DNA from: Dipteris shenzhenensis
Taxonomy: Eukaryota
DNA length: 64,000 nt
Reading direction: 5' to 3' (one strand)
NCBI GenBank assembly: GCA_047967505.1
Contig: CM106538.1
Shown: positions 63,891 to 64,000 of the stretch, one piece after another
Layout: every line of letters starts with the position of its first letter
Position numbering within the stretch: position 1 is the first letter of the stretch
Translations under genes and position numbers: made by a program
Notes under the pieces: generated by a model
The model's database searches: none
Seen by the model: the letters and a program-made list of their open reading frames with translations, nothing else
Told to the model about the DNA's origin: nothing

Positions 63891-64000
63891 AAAAATGGAG
63901 CTATTGCTTTTCTTTATATCAATTTCATCTGAGTGCCATTACTTTCTAAAGCTATTTTTCAATAAATAATTTATGTTATTGTGGAACTGGTCTTTTTCCT

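Overview
A eukaryotic, repeat-dominated plant window. The TE families and gene content suggest a seed-free plant such as a fern or lycophyte, but that is inference. Most of it is nested retroelements: one intact, recent Ty3/gypsy chromovirus (31974-38652), two decayed Ty1/copia elements, many 5'-truncated L1-type LINEs of at least three families, and several non-autonomous LTR elements (gag-only TR-GAG-like or non-coding) that share a duplicated ~50-nt internal motif. It also holds DNA-transposon relics (a MITE, a hAT-like relic, and a segment with kinase and PMD-like fragments). The only convincing host gene is the 3' end (two exons, minus strand, 44252-45327) of a protein with two tandem PARP/ART-like domains; its upstream exons were not found in the window. 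Main highlights: that double-ART gene, a Penelope-like (Naiad/Chlamys-type) RT relic inverted at its YIDD catalytic motif, and an LTR element whose LTRs carry (TTAGGG)n. Family assignments come from motif recognition by eye, not database searches, and boundaries of decayed elements are approximate.
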